A stretch of DNA of 63,038 bases, the filler included, from a bacterium (GTDB lineage Bacteria; JALSQH01), in the NCBI GenBank assembly GCA_026985515.1. It is 5 parts of 5 records of this genome, joined end to end, with 100 filler letters (N's around TTAATTAATTAA, not from the genome) between each part and the next. Parts side by side here need not be neighbours in the genome. Positions count along the whole stretch, not along the records: positions 23,378 to 46,564 come from JALSQH010000255.1; positions 46,665 to 53,092 come from JALSQH010000256.1; 3 more parts are not named here. The stretch is one strand, 5' to 3'. The stretch's first letter is position 1. The number at the start of each line of letters is the position of its first letter. The translations under genes and the position numbers were made by a program. Below are positions 39,939 to 50,330 of this stretch, piece after piece. The notes under the pieces were generated by a model. It did no database searches. It was not told the DNA's origin and was given only the letters and a program-made list of their open reading frames with translations.

Positions 39939-41289
39939 CGACGAACCAAAATTGAGAAAAATTCTTCAGCTTATCCTTTCTGAAATGGACACCATTCCTC
40001 TTTCTGCAGGAACGGGGGAAGAGGCATTAACAATTGTAGAAGAGGAGAATCCTGACCTGATAATTACTGATCTAAAAATGCCAGGTATGGATGGAATGGC
40101 CCTTCTTCAGGAAATAAAAAATAGGGAACCTGACCTTCCCGTGGTAATTCTCACAGCCTACGGTACAATTGACTCCGCCGTTGAAGCAATAAAAAAAGGG
40201 GCAGAGGATTACATAACAAAACCATTTAAGGTGGAAGAAATAAAATTACGAATAGGACGTATTCTTGAGCTGATAGAAGAAAGAAGAAAAGCTGAATATT
40301 TCTTTGAAGAATTCAGAAAAGGAAAAGAGTTTGGAGATATTGTGGGGAATTCTCTCCCCCTCCGTGAAGCTATAAAACTGGCAAAACAGGTTGCACCCAC
40401 TCCTGCCCCGGTGCTTTTACTGGGAGAAAGTGGAACGGGAAAAGAACTCTTTGCAAGAGCCATACATCTCTCATCACCCCGCAAAAAAGGTCCTTTTATT
40501 GCCATAAATTGTGCATCCATACCGGAAACTCTGCTTGAAAGTGAATTATTCGGGCATGAAAAGGGAGCATTTACAGGAGCAGAAGAAAAAAGAAAGGGGA
40601 AGATAGAAATTGCATCAGGAGGAACTCTTTTCTTAGATGAAATCGCTGAGATGCCCTTATCTCTCCAGGCAAAACTCCTCAGAGTAATTGAGGAAAAGCA
40701 GTTCTACCCACTTGGATCAACTACTCCCGTTTCAGCTGACTTCAGATTGATAACGGCCACCAATAAAGACATCAGAAAACTGGTTGAAGAGGGAAAATTC
40801 CGGGAGGATCTCTTCTACAGGATCAATGTTTTCACAATAAAGCTTCCCCCTTTAAGAGAAAGGGGCGACGATGTAATTACCCTTGCAAGGTACTTCATAA
40901 AAAAGTATTCTTCGGAATTAGGGAAACATCCACCGGAACTGACGCCTGAGGTGGAAGAAGTTTTCAAAAAGTATCACTGGAAAGGAAATGTTAGAGAGCT
41001 TCAAAATGTCATTGAACGAGCATGCATCATCGCAGAAGATAAGATCACCCTTTCACATCTTCCTCCCGAACTCGTGGAGCAGACCCCAGCATATGAGGGG
41101 AAAATAGGAAAAATCGACTTCCATCTTCCCGATGAAGGAGTAATGCTTGAGGAACTTGAAAGACAGCTCATCATTGAGGCGCTGAAAAAAAGTAACTATA
41201 ATGTATCAAAGGCAGCGAGACTCCTGGGACTCACCAGACCCACCCTCCGCTACCGGATTGAAAAGTATGGAATACCTGTAAAGGAGTAA
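39916..41289 (+). CDS. Sigma54-dependent response regulator (NtrC/AtoC family)
   Basis: REC (VVDDE, DLKMPGMDG), GESGTGKE, ESELFGHEKGAFTGA, WKGNVRELQN, Fis-type HTH. Confidence 0.96.
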   Translation: MKKVLVVDDEPKLRKILQLILSEMDTIPLSAGTGEEALTIVEEENPDLIITDLKMPGMDGMALLQEIKNREPDLPVVILTAYGTIDSAVEAIKKGAEDYITKPFKVEEIKLRIGRILELIEERRKAEYFFEEFRKGKEFGDIVGNSLPLREAIKLAKQVAPTPAPVLLLGESGTGKELFARAIHLSSPRKKGPFIAINCASIPETLLESELFGHEKGAFTGAEEKRKGKIEIASGGTLFLDEIAEMPLSLQAKLLRVIEEKQFYPLGSTTPVSADFRLITATNKDIRKLVEEGKFREDLFYRINVFTIKLPPLRERGDDVITLARYFIKKYSSELGKHPPELTPEVEEVFKKYHWKGNVRELQNVIERACIIAEDKITLSHLPPELVEQTPAYEGKIGKIDFHLPDEGVMLEELERQLIIEALKKSNYNVSKAARLLGLTRPTLRYRIEKYGIPVKE

Positions 41290-41291
41290 GC

Positions 41292-42038
41292 TCACAAAAA
41301 TCTCTTAAAAAAATTTATCATTTTCCTTATCAGGCATTCCCTGTCTATGTCAAGGGGGATAACATGGTAGGAATCGTGGAAATATACCAGTTCTTTCACT
41401 TTCGAGGATACTCTGTTGTAAATAATTTTTGCACTCTCGGGATGAGCGGTGTTATCCTTCAGGGAATGAAAGATTTGAACTGGATTCGTTACATAATTCA
41501 GGTGTAACTTTGTCTCAAGAATCAATCTGTACAGCTCCACAACAGCAGAGAGTGGCATCCATCTGTAATCATCAAACTCCAAATCTGGAGGGGGGAAATG
41601 AATATCCCTTTCCTTTTTCTCATGATGATATGGAGGTTTAATACCTGAAACTGCAAGAAATTTTAAAAAACTATCCGTCACTCTGTTTTTCAACTTCATG
41701 GGAATTGAAATTGTGACAATAGCAGGAATACTTCTGTACTTCATTGCCAGATTAAGGGTAATAAGTCCACCCATAGATAGACCAGCGATAAATACTTTTT
41801 CAATCTTTTCCCTTTCTTCAATATAAACACTTTCCACCTTCCTGATCCACTGACTTCTTTCAATCTTCTCAAGATCATAAGGAGTGGTACAGTGACCGGG
41901 CAAACATGGTATTACCACTCTCCATCCCTCTCTCCGGTTGAGTTCACTGCCCACATACTCCATCTCCGAAGGGGTACCCGTAAAACCATGAACAAGAATA
42001 ACGCTCGCCCTTTCCCCTTCGATAATCCTGTCTTTCAT
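41292..42038 (-). CDS. Carboxylesterase / monoacylglycerol lipase-like (YvaK/Est family)
   Basis: LVHGFTGTP, LPGH, AGLSMGG, SYHVI. Confidence 0.88.
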   Translation of the reverse strand: MKDRIIEGERASVILVHGFTGTPSEMEYVGSELNRREGWRVVIPCLPGHCTTPYDLEKIERSQWIRKVESVYIEEREKIEKVFIAGLSMGGLITLNLAMKYRSIPAIVTISIPMKLKNRVTDSFLKFLAVSGIKPPYHHEKKERDIHFPPPDLEFDDYRWMPLSAVVELYRLILETKLHLNYVTNPVQIFHSLKDNTAHPESAKIIYNRVSSKVKELVYFHDSYHVIPLDIDRECLIRKMINFFKRFL

Positions 42039-42106
42039 AACCAGACTCCGTTTGTTATTTTCCTTAAAATTATATAAAATGTATTGACAAAAAGCGAGGT
42101 TAAAGA

Positions 42107-43432
42107 ATGAAAATTGCTGTTATTGGCACAGGGTATGTGGGATTAGTTGTTGGGACATGTCTCGCTGACAGTGGAAATGATGTTATATGTACAGATAAAA
42201 TTAAAGAAAAAATCGACATGCTAAATGAGGGAAAGGTCCCCATATATGAGCCTGGTCTGGAAGAGTTGATCGAAAAAAATGTGAAAGAGAAGAGACTCTC
42301 CTTCACAACAGATATTGGTGAGGCGGTCAGAAAATCAGACATAATCTTCATAGCCGTCGGTACCCCTCAATCCCTTGATGGAAGTGCAAATCTTGAGTAT
42401 GTTTTTGAGGCAGCCGAAACAATCGCAAAAAATATGAATGGATATAAACTGATTGTCACAAAATCCACCGTCCCCGTGGGAACACAGAAAAAAATCAAGG
42501 AAATAATTTCCAGATACACCGATTTTCCTTTTGACGTGGCGTCCAACCCCGAATTTCTCAAAGAAGGAGCGGCAATTGAAGATTTTATGAAACCCGACAG
42601 GATAATAATTGGTGTGGAATCGGAAAAAGCCGAGAAAATTCTCAAAGAGCTCTATGCACCCTTCGTAAGAACCGAACATCCCATAATAATTATGGACCCT
42701 GAAAGTGCTGAAATGACCAAATATGCATCAAATGCAATGCTCGCAACCAAAATTTCCTTTATCAATGAGATTGCCAATCTCTGTGAAAAGGTTGGAGCAG
42801 ATGTTGAACTGGTGAGAAAAGGTATGGGGTTTGACAGAAGAATTGGTTTCCTCTTTCTCTTCCCGGGTGTTGGATATGGTGGATCATGTTTTCCAAAGGA
42901 TATAAGAGCAATAATAAAAATGGGGGAAGAAAGGGGGTACGAACCTGAACTCATAAAAGCAGTTGACCATGTAAATGAACGGCAGAAGAAAAAGCTTGTG
43001 GAAAAAGCCGTCGCACACTTTGGGAGTCTTGAGAAGAAACATTTTGCAGTGTGGGGACTTGCCTTCAAACCAAGGACCGATGATATGAGGGAGGCACCGT
43101 CCATCACAATAATCAACATGCTCCTGGAAAGAGGAGCGACCATAACTGCCTTTGACCCTGAAGCAATGAAGACAGCCAGAGAAATTTTTGGCGATAAAAT
43201 TTCATACGCAGAAACACCCTATGATGCATTGAAGGAAGCTGACGCTCTCTTCATAGTTACCGAGTGGAATGAATTCCGCAATCCAGATTTTGAAAGGATG
43301 AAATCTCTGATGAAAAAACCAGTCATATTTGATGGAAGAAACCTCTACAAGCTTGAAACAATGAAAGAGTACGGATTTACTTACTATGCAATAGGAAGAC
43401 CACCAGTTATAAATGGAGAGAAGATAAAATGA
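42107..43432 (+). CDS. ugd: UDP-glucose 6-dehydrogenase
   Basis: [49 protein letters not shown]. Confidence 0.95.
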   Translation: MKIAVIGTGYVGLVVGTCLADSGNDVICTDKIKEKIDMLNEGKVPIYEPGLEELIEKNVKEKRLSFTTDIGEAVRKSDIIFIAVGTPQSLDGSANLEYVFEAAETIAKNMNGYKLIVTKSTVPVGTQKKIKEIISRYTDFPFDVASNPEFLKEGAAIEDFMKPDRIIIGVESEKAEKILKELYAPFVRTEHPIIIMDPESAEMTKYASNAMLATKISFINEIANLCEKVGADVELVRKGMGFDRRIGFLFLFPGVGYGGSCFPKDIRAIIKMGEERGYEPELIKAVDHVNERQKKKLVEKAVAHFGSLEKKHFAVWGLAFKPRTDDMREAPSITIINMLLERGATITAFDPEAMKTAREIFGDKISYAETPYDALKEADALFIVTEWNEFRNPDFERMKSLMKKPVIFDGRNLYKLETMKEYGFTYYAIGRPPVINGEKIK

Positions 43433-44373
43433 GCAGAGAAACCGTTGTCATAACCGGTGGAGCTGGATTCCTTGGTTCACACCTTGCAGATTACTTTGTG
43501 AAGCAGGGACTGATGGTATATGTGCTTGACAATCTGATAACCGGAAGTATAAAAAACATTGAGCACCTTTTCGGGAAAGAGAATTTCGTTTTCATGCACA
43601 TAGATGCAACAAACTACATTCATGTCCCCGGGAGAGTGGATTATGTTCTTCATTTTGCCTCTCCCGCCAGCCCGGTGGACTATATGAGATACCCCATCCA
43701 GACTTTAAAGGTTGGTGCTCTTGGAACACATAAAGCTCTGGGGCTTGCAAAGGATAAGAAAGCAGTTTTTCTTCTGGCATCAACATCTGAAGTTTATGGT
43801 GATCCCCTTGTAAATCCTCAGCCTGAAACATACTGGGGGAATGTGAATCCCATTGGTCCCCGTGGAGTTTACGACGAGGCAAAGAGATTCGCTGAAGCCC
43901 TGACAATGGCTTATTATAAAAATCATGGTGTAAACATAAGGATAGTGAGAATATTTAACACCTATGGTCCCCGCATTAAACCCAATGATGGAAGAGTGGT
44001 TCCAAATTTCATTTATCAGGCACTGAGAGGAGAGGACCTCACAGTTTATGGAGATGGAACGCAGACGAGAAGTTTCTGCTATGTTGACGATCTTGTTGAA
44101 GGAGTGGTCAAACTTCTCCAGACAGATTATCATGAACCGGTAAACATTGGGAATCCAGAAGAGTACAGAATAATCGATCTTGCAAAAATTGTTTTAAAAT
44201 TAACCGGTAGCAAGAGTAAAATAACTTTTCATCCCCTACCCCAGGATGATCCCAGAGTGAGAAGACCTGACATAACAAGGGCAAAAAAGATTCTCGGGTG
44301 GGAACCCAGAATACCTCTTGAAGAGGGATTGAAAAGAACAATCAGATACTTCAAAGAGGAGTATAGTTTATGA
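43429..44373 (+). CDS. UDP-glucuronate decarboxylase (UDP-xylose synthase) family
   Basis: [56 protein letters not shown]. Confidence 0.9.
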   Translation: MSRETVVITGGAGFLGSHLADYFVKQGLMVYVLDNLITGSIKNIEHLFGKENFVFMHIDATNYIHVPGRVDYVLHFASPASPVDYMRYPIQTLKVGALGTHKALGLAKDKKAVFLLASTSEVYGDPLVNPQPETYWGNVNPIGPRGVYDEAKRFAEALTMAYYKNHGVNIRIVRIFNTYGPRIKPNDGRVVPNFIYQALRGEDLTVYGDGTQTRSFCYVDDLVEGVVKLLQTDYHEPVNIGNPEEYRIIDLAKIVLKLTGSKSKITFHPLPQDDPRVRRPDITRAKKILGWEPRIPLEEGLKRTIRYFKEEYSL

Positions 44374-45290
44374 GGATAATCTTAACTGGTGGAGCTGGCT
44401 TCATTGGGTCTCATGTGGCAGAGGCATACCTTTCTGAAGGCCATGAGGTACTAATTATTGACAATCTATCAACTGGCAAGGAAGAAAATATCCCGGATGG
44501 TGCAAAATTTGAAAAAATTGACATTAGAAGCGGGAAAATAAAGAAAATTTTCAGAGATTTTAAACCAGAAATTCTGAATCACCATGCTGCCCAGATAAAT
44601 TTGAGATACTCAATTGACCATCCTGTGGAAGATGCAGAAATCAATATACTTGGAATGGTTAATCTGTTAGAAGCATTCAGGGAAGTTAACGGAAAAAAGG
44701 TAATATTTGCCTCATCAGGTGGCGCAATGTATGGGGAAACAGAAAAAATTCCCACACCGGAAGATCACCCACCCAAACCAACAAGTCCCTATGGAACCGC
44801 AAAGGTAACAGGCGAAATGTACCTGTACAATTATTACTACATCCATGAAATTCCATACATAGCACTGAGGTATGCAAATGTTTATGGTCCCAGGCAGGAT
44901 CCATCAGGTGAAGCTGGTGTTGTTGCAATCTTCATTTCAAGGATTCTGGAAGGTAAAACTCCCAGAATCTATGGCGACGGTGAACAGACCAGGGACTTCG
45001 TGTTTGTTAAAGATGTTGCTGAAGCCAACCTCAGAGCACTGAGTTCAGACTTTGTGGGAGGTATAAACATTGGTACTGGTAGAGAAACATCTGTTAACGC
45101 ACTCTTCAGTGAAATAGCCTCGCTACTCAACTATAAAGAGAAACCCATATATGATGATCCAATTCCCGGTGAGCTGAGAAGAAGTGCCATAGATAATTCC
45201 ATTGCAAAAAGGGTCCTGGGATGGGAACCCCGATGGAGACTGAGAGAGGGGCTCGGCGAAACAATCCAGTTCTTCCTCCACAGGAGATGA
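44370..45290 (+). CDS. NAD-dependent nucleotide-sugar epimerase (GalE-like)
   Basis: [52 protein letters not shown]. Confidence 0.88.
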   Translation: MRIILTGGAGFIGSHVAEAYLSEGHEVLIIDNLSTGKEENIPDGAKFEKIDIRSGKIKKIFRDFKPEILNHHAAQINLRYSIDHPVEDAEINILGMVNLLEAFREVNGKKVIFASSGGAMYGETEKIPTPEDHPPKPTSPYGTAKVTGEMYLYNYYYIHEIPYIALRYANVYGPRQDPSGEAGVVAIFISRILEGKTPRIYGDGEQTRDFVFVKDVAEANLRALSSDFVGGINIGTGRETSVNALFSEIASLLNYKEKPIYDDPIPGELRRSAIDNSIAKRVLGWEPRWRLREGLGETIQFFLHRR

Positions 45291-46228
45291 AAACATTTCT
45301 CATAATTGATGTTGGTGGAACATCAATCAAAATCCACTTACTTTATGAAGAAAAAAAGGGACAATTAAAGGTAAAAAGAGAAATCTTTCCAACGAAAAAG
45401 GCGGAGAATGTTAACAGGCTAATTGAACACATAAGAAATTTCTTCCACAAATATCCTCTGCCAGATACAGTAATTCTGGGTATCCCCGGGGAGTATGATC
45501 ACAAAAAAGATACTCTTCTCACCTCTCCCAACATACCCGCGTGGAAAAACCTGGAGCTGAAAGATACTCTCATAAAAGGTGGGCTTGGAAGAAAAATAAT
45601 AGTTGAAAATGATGTGAATCTACAAACCCTTGGAGAACTGGAAAAGGGATATGGAAAGAAATGGATGAACTTCATATTCCTGGCCATTGGAACAGGCATC
45701 GGGAGCGGAATTGTTATAGATGGTAAGTTAGTGAGGGGAAGTGGTGGAGGAGCAGGAGAAATCGGTCACATACTCATACATCCAGAAGGAGAAATGTGTG
45801 GATGCGGGAGAAGGGGGTGTCTGGAAGCCTACGCATCTGGGAGCGGAATTGTAAAAAGTTATAAACGACTTGGTGGTAAAAAAGATGTTAAAACTTCTGA
45901 AGAAGTTTATACTCTTGCTGTAGAAGGTGACGAAACTGCTGTAAAAGCCTTTGAAATAATGGGCAGGTACCTCGGATGGGGGATAGCCAGCGTGGTAAAT
46001 ATCCTTGAACCTGAGGGAATAGTTCTCTCGGGCGGAGTGACAGAGAGCAGAGATTTATTTGAGAAGAAAATGGTAGAAGCTTTCAAAGAAAGGACCTTCA
46101 CCCATCAGGGAAGAAACACACCCATTAAATTTTCACTTCTCAAATCTCATGCCCTATGGGGAGGCATAAACATTTTGAAAAAGGAGGGGAAAATCCCCTC
46201 CCTGGTGTCAATCACCCTTTCCTGGTAA
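45287..46228 (+). CDS. ROK-family sugar kinase
   Basis: DVGGT, ENDVN, GTGIGSG, GEIGH, CGCGRRGCLE; ATGA overlap with the upstream stop. Confidence 0.9.
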   Translation: MKTFLIIDVGGTSIKIHLLYEEKKGQLKVKREIFPTKKAENVNRLIEHIRNFFHKYPLPDTVILGIPGEYDHKKDTLLTSPNIPAWKNLELKDTLIKGGLGRKIIVENDVNLQTLGELEKGYGKKWMNFIFLAIGTGIGSGIVIDGKLVRGSGGGAGEIGHILIHPEGEMCGCGRRGCLEAYASGSGIVKSYKRLGGKKDVKTSEEVYTLAVEGDETAVKAFEIMGRYLGWGIASVVNILEPEGIVLSGGVTESRDLFEKKMVEAFKERTFTHQGRNTPIKFSLLKSHALWGGINILKKEGKIPSLVSITLSW

Positions 46229-46564
46229 TCTCCTCAAACTTTTCTTTTATTTCCTGCGGTGTCCACTTCCCTTCCTGTAAAACATTCTTGTACACACCGG
46301 ATGTCTGTGCCATATAGAACTCGTAGATCTTTCCACCTTCCACAGCAAAGATTCTTCCGGTGATATCAGCAGCGAGATCAGATGCAAGGAAAACCACCAT
46401 GGGTGAAATGTTTTCAGGGGCATACTCTTCCTTATTGAGAGCCTGAAATAATGGAAGATCCTCCGTCATTCTCGTGTAAGCAATGGGTGCTATGGCATTG
46501 ACAGTTATTCCATATCTCTGAAGTTCAAGTGAAGCGGTTCTGGTAAAACCATAGATGCCCGCCT
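46212..46564 (-). CDS. SDR oxidoreductase, hydroxyacyl-CoA dehydrogenase-like (C-terminal fragment)
   Basis: Frame open to the gap: AGIYGFTRTASLELQRYGITVNAIAPIAYTRMT...PENISPMVVFLASDLAADITGRIF. Confidence 0.85.
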
Positions 46565-46664
46565 NNNNNNNNNNNNNNNNNNNNNNNNNNNNNNNNNNNN
46601 NNNNNNNNTTAATTAATTAANNNNNNNNNNNNNNNNNNNNNNNNNNNNNNNNNNNNNNNNNNNN
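46565..46664. other. Artificial contig linker
   Basis: N44-TTAATTAATTAA-N44. Confidence 0.98.
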
Positions 46665-47877
46665 TCCAGTATCCCTTGGTTACTCCAGGTCCCTTTACCA
46701 CAACCTCTCCTTCCTTTTCCGGTGGAAGGGGCTTACCATTCTCGTCAACGATTCTTATTTTCATCGGGGGAACAGGCCACCCTATACATCCAGGTCCCCA
46801 CTTCAGAAAGGGAAGAGTTACTTTCAGAGTTGCGATACCGGAAAGTTCAACCATCCCATAAGCTTCAAGAAAAAGAGGTTTGATTCTGAAGGGTCCTATT
46901 CTCAGAAATGCCCCATACTTTCTTATTTCGTCGATGTACTCCTGAGGCATGGCATCAGCCGCACTTGCCCATAGTCTCATAGATGAAAGATCATATTTAT
47001 CGGGGTTTTTCCTTAACTCTTCCAGCAGCATACCATACATGGCGGGGACACCCACAAAGACCGTAACCTTATGTCTGGTGATCACTTCAAGAACCCTCTG
47101 TGCATTGAAATGCTTGATCTGATATCCCCTCACCCTTGCAAATGACCCCAGAATTGCCACAGAAGTACCCATAATGTGGGCAAAAGGCAGGGAGAAAATC
47201 CCCAGATCATCCTTCCTCGTTGGTACGATAACTCCTGCCATCTTCTGACCCTGAATGAGACTCTTATTTGTGGCTATGGCACCTTTCGGTTTCCCCGTTG
47301 TGCCGGATGTGTAGTAGATCCCTGCTGGATCGTCAGGTTTTAAATCTGCGGGAGAGAGCTCCGTGGATTGAGACTCTATCCCCCTATCAAGACTTATGGT
47401 ATCATCCAGAGTGGTATCGTGAGGGCCTGCCATGATGAGATGAGGGATGTAGGAGATTTTTTTCAGATCCTTTATGTTTTCATCAAAAACATATCTGTCA
47501 AAAATGAAGTACCTGGCCTCGCTGTCCCTTAAAATGTAGTCAATTTCGCCGAAGCGGAGCATGTAATTTATGGGGAGAGCAATAGCTCCAATTTTAAAAA
47601 TTGCCAGCATTATCATAAACATGTCAACATTGTTTTCCATATCCACAGCCACAATTTCTCCCTTTTTAACTCCCACTTCCCTAAGAAAATTCCCCACCCT
47701 GTTTATAAATTTCATGGCGTCGCTGGCATACAGTCTGTCTATTGAAAGAACCCTGTATCTGAGAGGAGTGTCGAGAATGACAGTCAGCCTCTCACCATAG
47801 TAATCCATCAGTTTGTCAGTAAAATTTGCAATGGTGAAGTTCCTGTCTTTTAAAACTTTCAGTTTTTCTCTATACAT
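46665..47877 (-). CDS. Acyl-CoA synthetase / AMP-binding enzyme (partial, cut by gap)
   Basis: YTSGTTGKPKGA, LPFAHIMG, GVPAMY, EAYGMVE, GEVVVKGPGVTKGYW; GGAGG SD before ATG 47877. Confidence 0.92.
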
Positions 47878-47927
47878 AGCTGCACCTCCCTGGTTAACCT
47901 GTGAAAATTTTAGCACAAAAATTTTAC

Positions 47928-47949
47928 TTTGTGAATGCTCACTTACAAA
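47928..47949. promoter_or_regulatory. Imperfect 22-bp palindrome, candidate repressor operator
   Basis: TTTGTGAATGCTCACTTACAAA overlapping the -35 of TTCACA-N17-TAAAAT on the minus strand. Confidence 0.55.
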
Positions 47950-48001
47950 AATTATGAAAAAGGCTTTACAGAAGCGCTGTATCGCCAGGATGTGTAATTT
48001 C

Positions 48002-48064
48002 TTGATTTTTTATCAAGTTAGGGTAGAATAAAGATTTGACTGTTTTCAGAGAATAAAATAAAAT
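48002..48064 (+). promoter_or_regulatory. Tandem sigma70-like promoters of recA
   Basis: TTGATT-N16-TAGAAT (48002-48029) and TTGACT-N17-TAAAAT (48036-48064); AGGAGG SD. Confidence 0.6.
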
Positions 48065-48081
48065 TAAGTTAGGAGGTTGAA

Positions 48082-49167
48082 GTGGCAAAGGAGAAGAAGA
48101 CCACAAATATAATTGACAGGGATTCACCTGAGAGGGAAAAGGCCCTTGATTATGCAATTTCAACGATAGAAAAGCAGTTCGGGAAGGGCTCCATAATGCG
48201 TCTGGGGAGTGCGGAACTCCCCAGAGTGGAGGTGATCTCCACAGGTTCCCTCGGTCTTGATATTGCCCTGGGAGTTGGAGGATTACCAAGAGGAAGGATT
48301 GTGGAGATATACGGACCAGAGGCCTCCGGTAAAACCACCCTTGCTCTTCATGCCATTGCAGAAGCACAGAAAAAGGGGGGAATAGCAGCCTTTATTGATG
48401 CTGAGCATGCCCTTGATGTCCACTATGCAAAAAATCTGGGTGTACAGATAGATCCCCTCCTTATTTCCCAGCCAGACACGGGTGAGCAGGCTCTTGAAAT
48501 CGCAGAAATTCTCATCAGAAGCGGTGCCGTTGACATAATAGTTGTTGATTCAGTGGCGGCACTGACCCCACGGGCTGAGATAGAGGGAGATATGGGGGAG
48601 TATCAGATAGGTCTTCAGGCACGGTTAATGTCTCAGGCTCTCAGAAAGTTAACTGCCACGGTCTCAAAGTCGAGAGCTATTCTCATCTTCATAAATCAGA
48701 TAAGGTTGAAAGCAATAGGTGGAATGTATGGTAATCCTGAAACAACTACGGGTGGTACGGCTCTGAAGTTTTACTCATCTGTAAGAATTGATGTGAGAAA
48801 AATAATGACAATAAAGGATAGCGGAGAGAGTTCAGGTAACAGAGTGAGGGCAAAGGTTGTCAAAAATAAACTTGCACCACCCTTTAAGGAGGCAGAATTT
48901 GATCTCATTTATGGGGAGGGAATAAGCAAGGAGGGAGAGATACTTGATCTGGGTGTGCAGATAGGGATCATCGACAAGAGTGGTTCGTGGTATTCCTATG
49001 AAAATATAAGGCTGGGACAGGGAAGAGAGAATGCCAAGAGATTTCTTAAGGAGAATCCTTCTCTGGCAAAGAAGCTGGAAAATATGATAAGGGAACACTT
49101 TAATCTGCCCCGCCTTCCCGAAATAGAGGAAGAAAAGGAAAAGGGAGAAGAAAATGGAACTCAATGA
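48082..49167 (+). CDS. recA: Recombinase A
   Basis: [52 protein letters not shown]. Confidence 0.99.
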   Translation: MAKEKKTTNIIDRDSPEREKALDYAISTIEKQFGKGSIMRLGSAELPRVEVISTGSLGLDIALGVGGLPRGRIVEIYGPEASGKTTLALHAIAEAQKKGGIAAFIDAEHALDVHYAKNLGVQIDPLLISQPDTGEQALEIAEILIRSGAVDIIVVDSVAALTPRAEIEGDMGEYQIGLQARLMSQALRKLTATVSKSRAILIFINQIRLKAIGGMYGNPETTTGGTALKFYSSVRIDVRKIMTIKDSGESSGNRVRAKVVKNKLAPPFKEAEFDLIYGEGISKEGEILDLGVQIGIIDKSGSWYSYENIRLGQGRENAKRFLKENPSLAKKLENMIREHFNLPRLPEIEEEKEKGEENGTQ

Positions 49168-50314
49168 AATACTGAAAATAGCTCTGCGTGCAGGAGCATC
49201 AGATATTCACTTGAAGGCAGGTCTGCCTCCAACTTTCAGAATTAATGGAAAACTTGTTCCCTATAAAGATGCAAAGCGATTGACCCCCGATGAAATTAGC
49301 AGGATGGCCCTCAGCATAATGAATCCCATTCAGAAGGAAGAGTTCAAGAGGAACCATGAACTTGACCTTGCCTATGGTGTACCTGGTCTCGGGAGATTCA
49401 GGGTGAATGTGTTTCAGCAGAGGGGAACAATAGGAATTGTTCTGAGGGTTATTCCATTCGGTGTGGCAACATTTGAACAGTTGAATCTGCCACCTGTTCT
49501 GGAAAAAATCGCTGATTATGAAAGGGGTCTTATATTGGTTACAGGTACCACAGGAAGCGGAAAGTCCACCACCCTTGCTGCTATGATTGATTACATCAAC
49601 AGCAAGAAAACCAAGCACATAATCACCATTGAGGATCCCATCGAGTTTCTCATAAGGGATAAGAGAAGCATAGTTAATCAGAGAGAGGTGGGAACCGACA
49701 CACTTTCCTTTGCCGTTGCCCTCAAGAGCGCACTCAGGCAGGATCCCGATGTGATAATGGTTGGTGAGATGAGGGATTTTGAAACCATTGAAACAGCTCT
49801 GACGGCAGCAGAAACGGGTCACCTTGTTTTGAGTACCCTCCATACTCTTGACGCAACTGAAACCATCAACAGAATTGTCTCAGTATTTCCTCCTTATCAG
49901 CAGAAGCAGGTGAGATTGCAGCTGGCATCGGTGCTGAGAGCTGTTATTGCTCAGAGGCTCGTACCAAGAGCCGATGGGAAGGGAAGGGTTCCAGCTCTGG
50001 AGATTATGATAGTTACTCCGAGGATAAAGGAGCTGATCATTGATAAGGACCGAACAAGGGAAATACCTGATGCCATTGCAAAGGGACATCTCTCCTATGG
50101 AATGCAGACATTTGATCAATCACTGATGTACCTCTACAAGAAGGGACTTATTACCTTTGAGGAGGCTCTCAGGCAGAGTTCCAATCCTGATGATTTCAAA
50201 CTCAGGGCAAGTGGAGTTTCAGGCACCAGTGATGCAGGATGGAGTGAATTGGAGGCTGAAATAGAGCAGGAGGAGGGTGGAGGTTCCAGCGATTTTGATT
50301 TTGACAAATTCTGA
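49154..50314 (+). CDS. pilT: PilT/PilU-family type IV pilus retraction ATPase
   Basis: [59 protein letters not shown]. Confidence 0.92.
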   Translation: MELNEILKIALRAGASDIHLKAGLPPTFRINGKLVPYKDAKRLTPDEISRMALSIMNPIQKEEFKRNHELDLAYGVPGLGRFRVNVFQQRGTIGIVLRVIPFGVATFEQLNLPPVLEKIADYERGLILVTGTTGSGKSTTLAAMIDYINSKKTKHIITIEDPIEFLIRDKRSIVNQREVGTDTLSFAVALKSALRQDPDVIMVGEMRDFETIETALTAAETGHLVLSTLHTLDATETINRIVSVFPPYQQKQVRLQLASVLRAVIAQRLVPRADGKGRVPALEIMIVTPRIKELIIDKDRTREIPDAIAKGHLSYGMQTFDQSLMYLYKKGLITFEEALRQSSNPDDFKLRASGVSGTSDAGWSELEAEIEQEEGGGSSDFDFDKF

Positions 50315-50330
50315 GTAATCTGGAGATCAA

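Noticed and set aside
34784-42106. Sigma54 -24/-12 promoter as a local target of the NtrC-like regulator
   Set aside because: No convincing TGGCAC-N5-TTGC seen by eye in the flanking intergenic regions
46212-47877. Acyl-CoA synthetase and SDR as one fatty-acid operon
   Set aside because: Same strand and plausible, but separated by an artificial linker, so adjacency is unsupported
48002-48016. Canonical FNR box upstream of recA
   Set aside because: Spacing is TTGAT-N5-ATCAA, not N4; kept only as an unassigned palindrome
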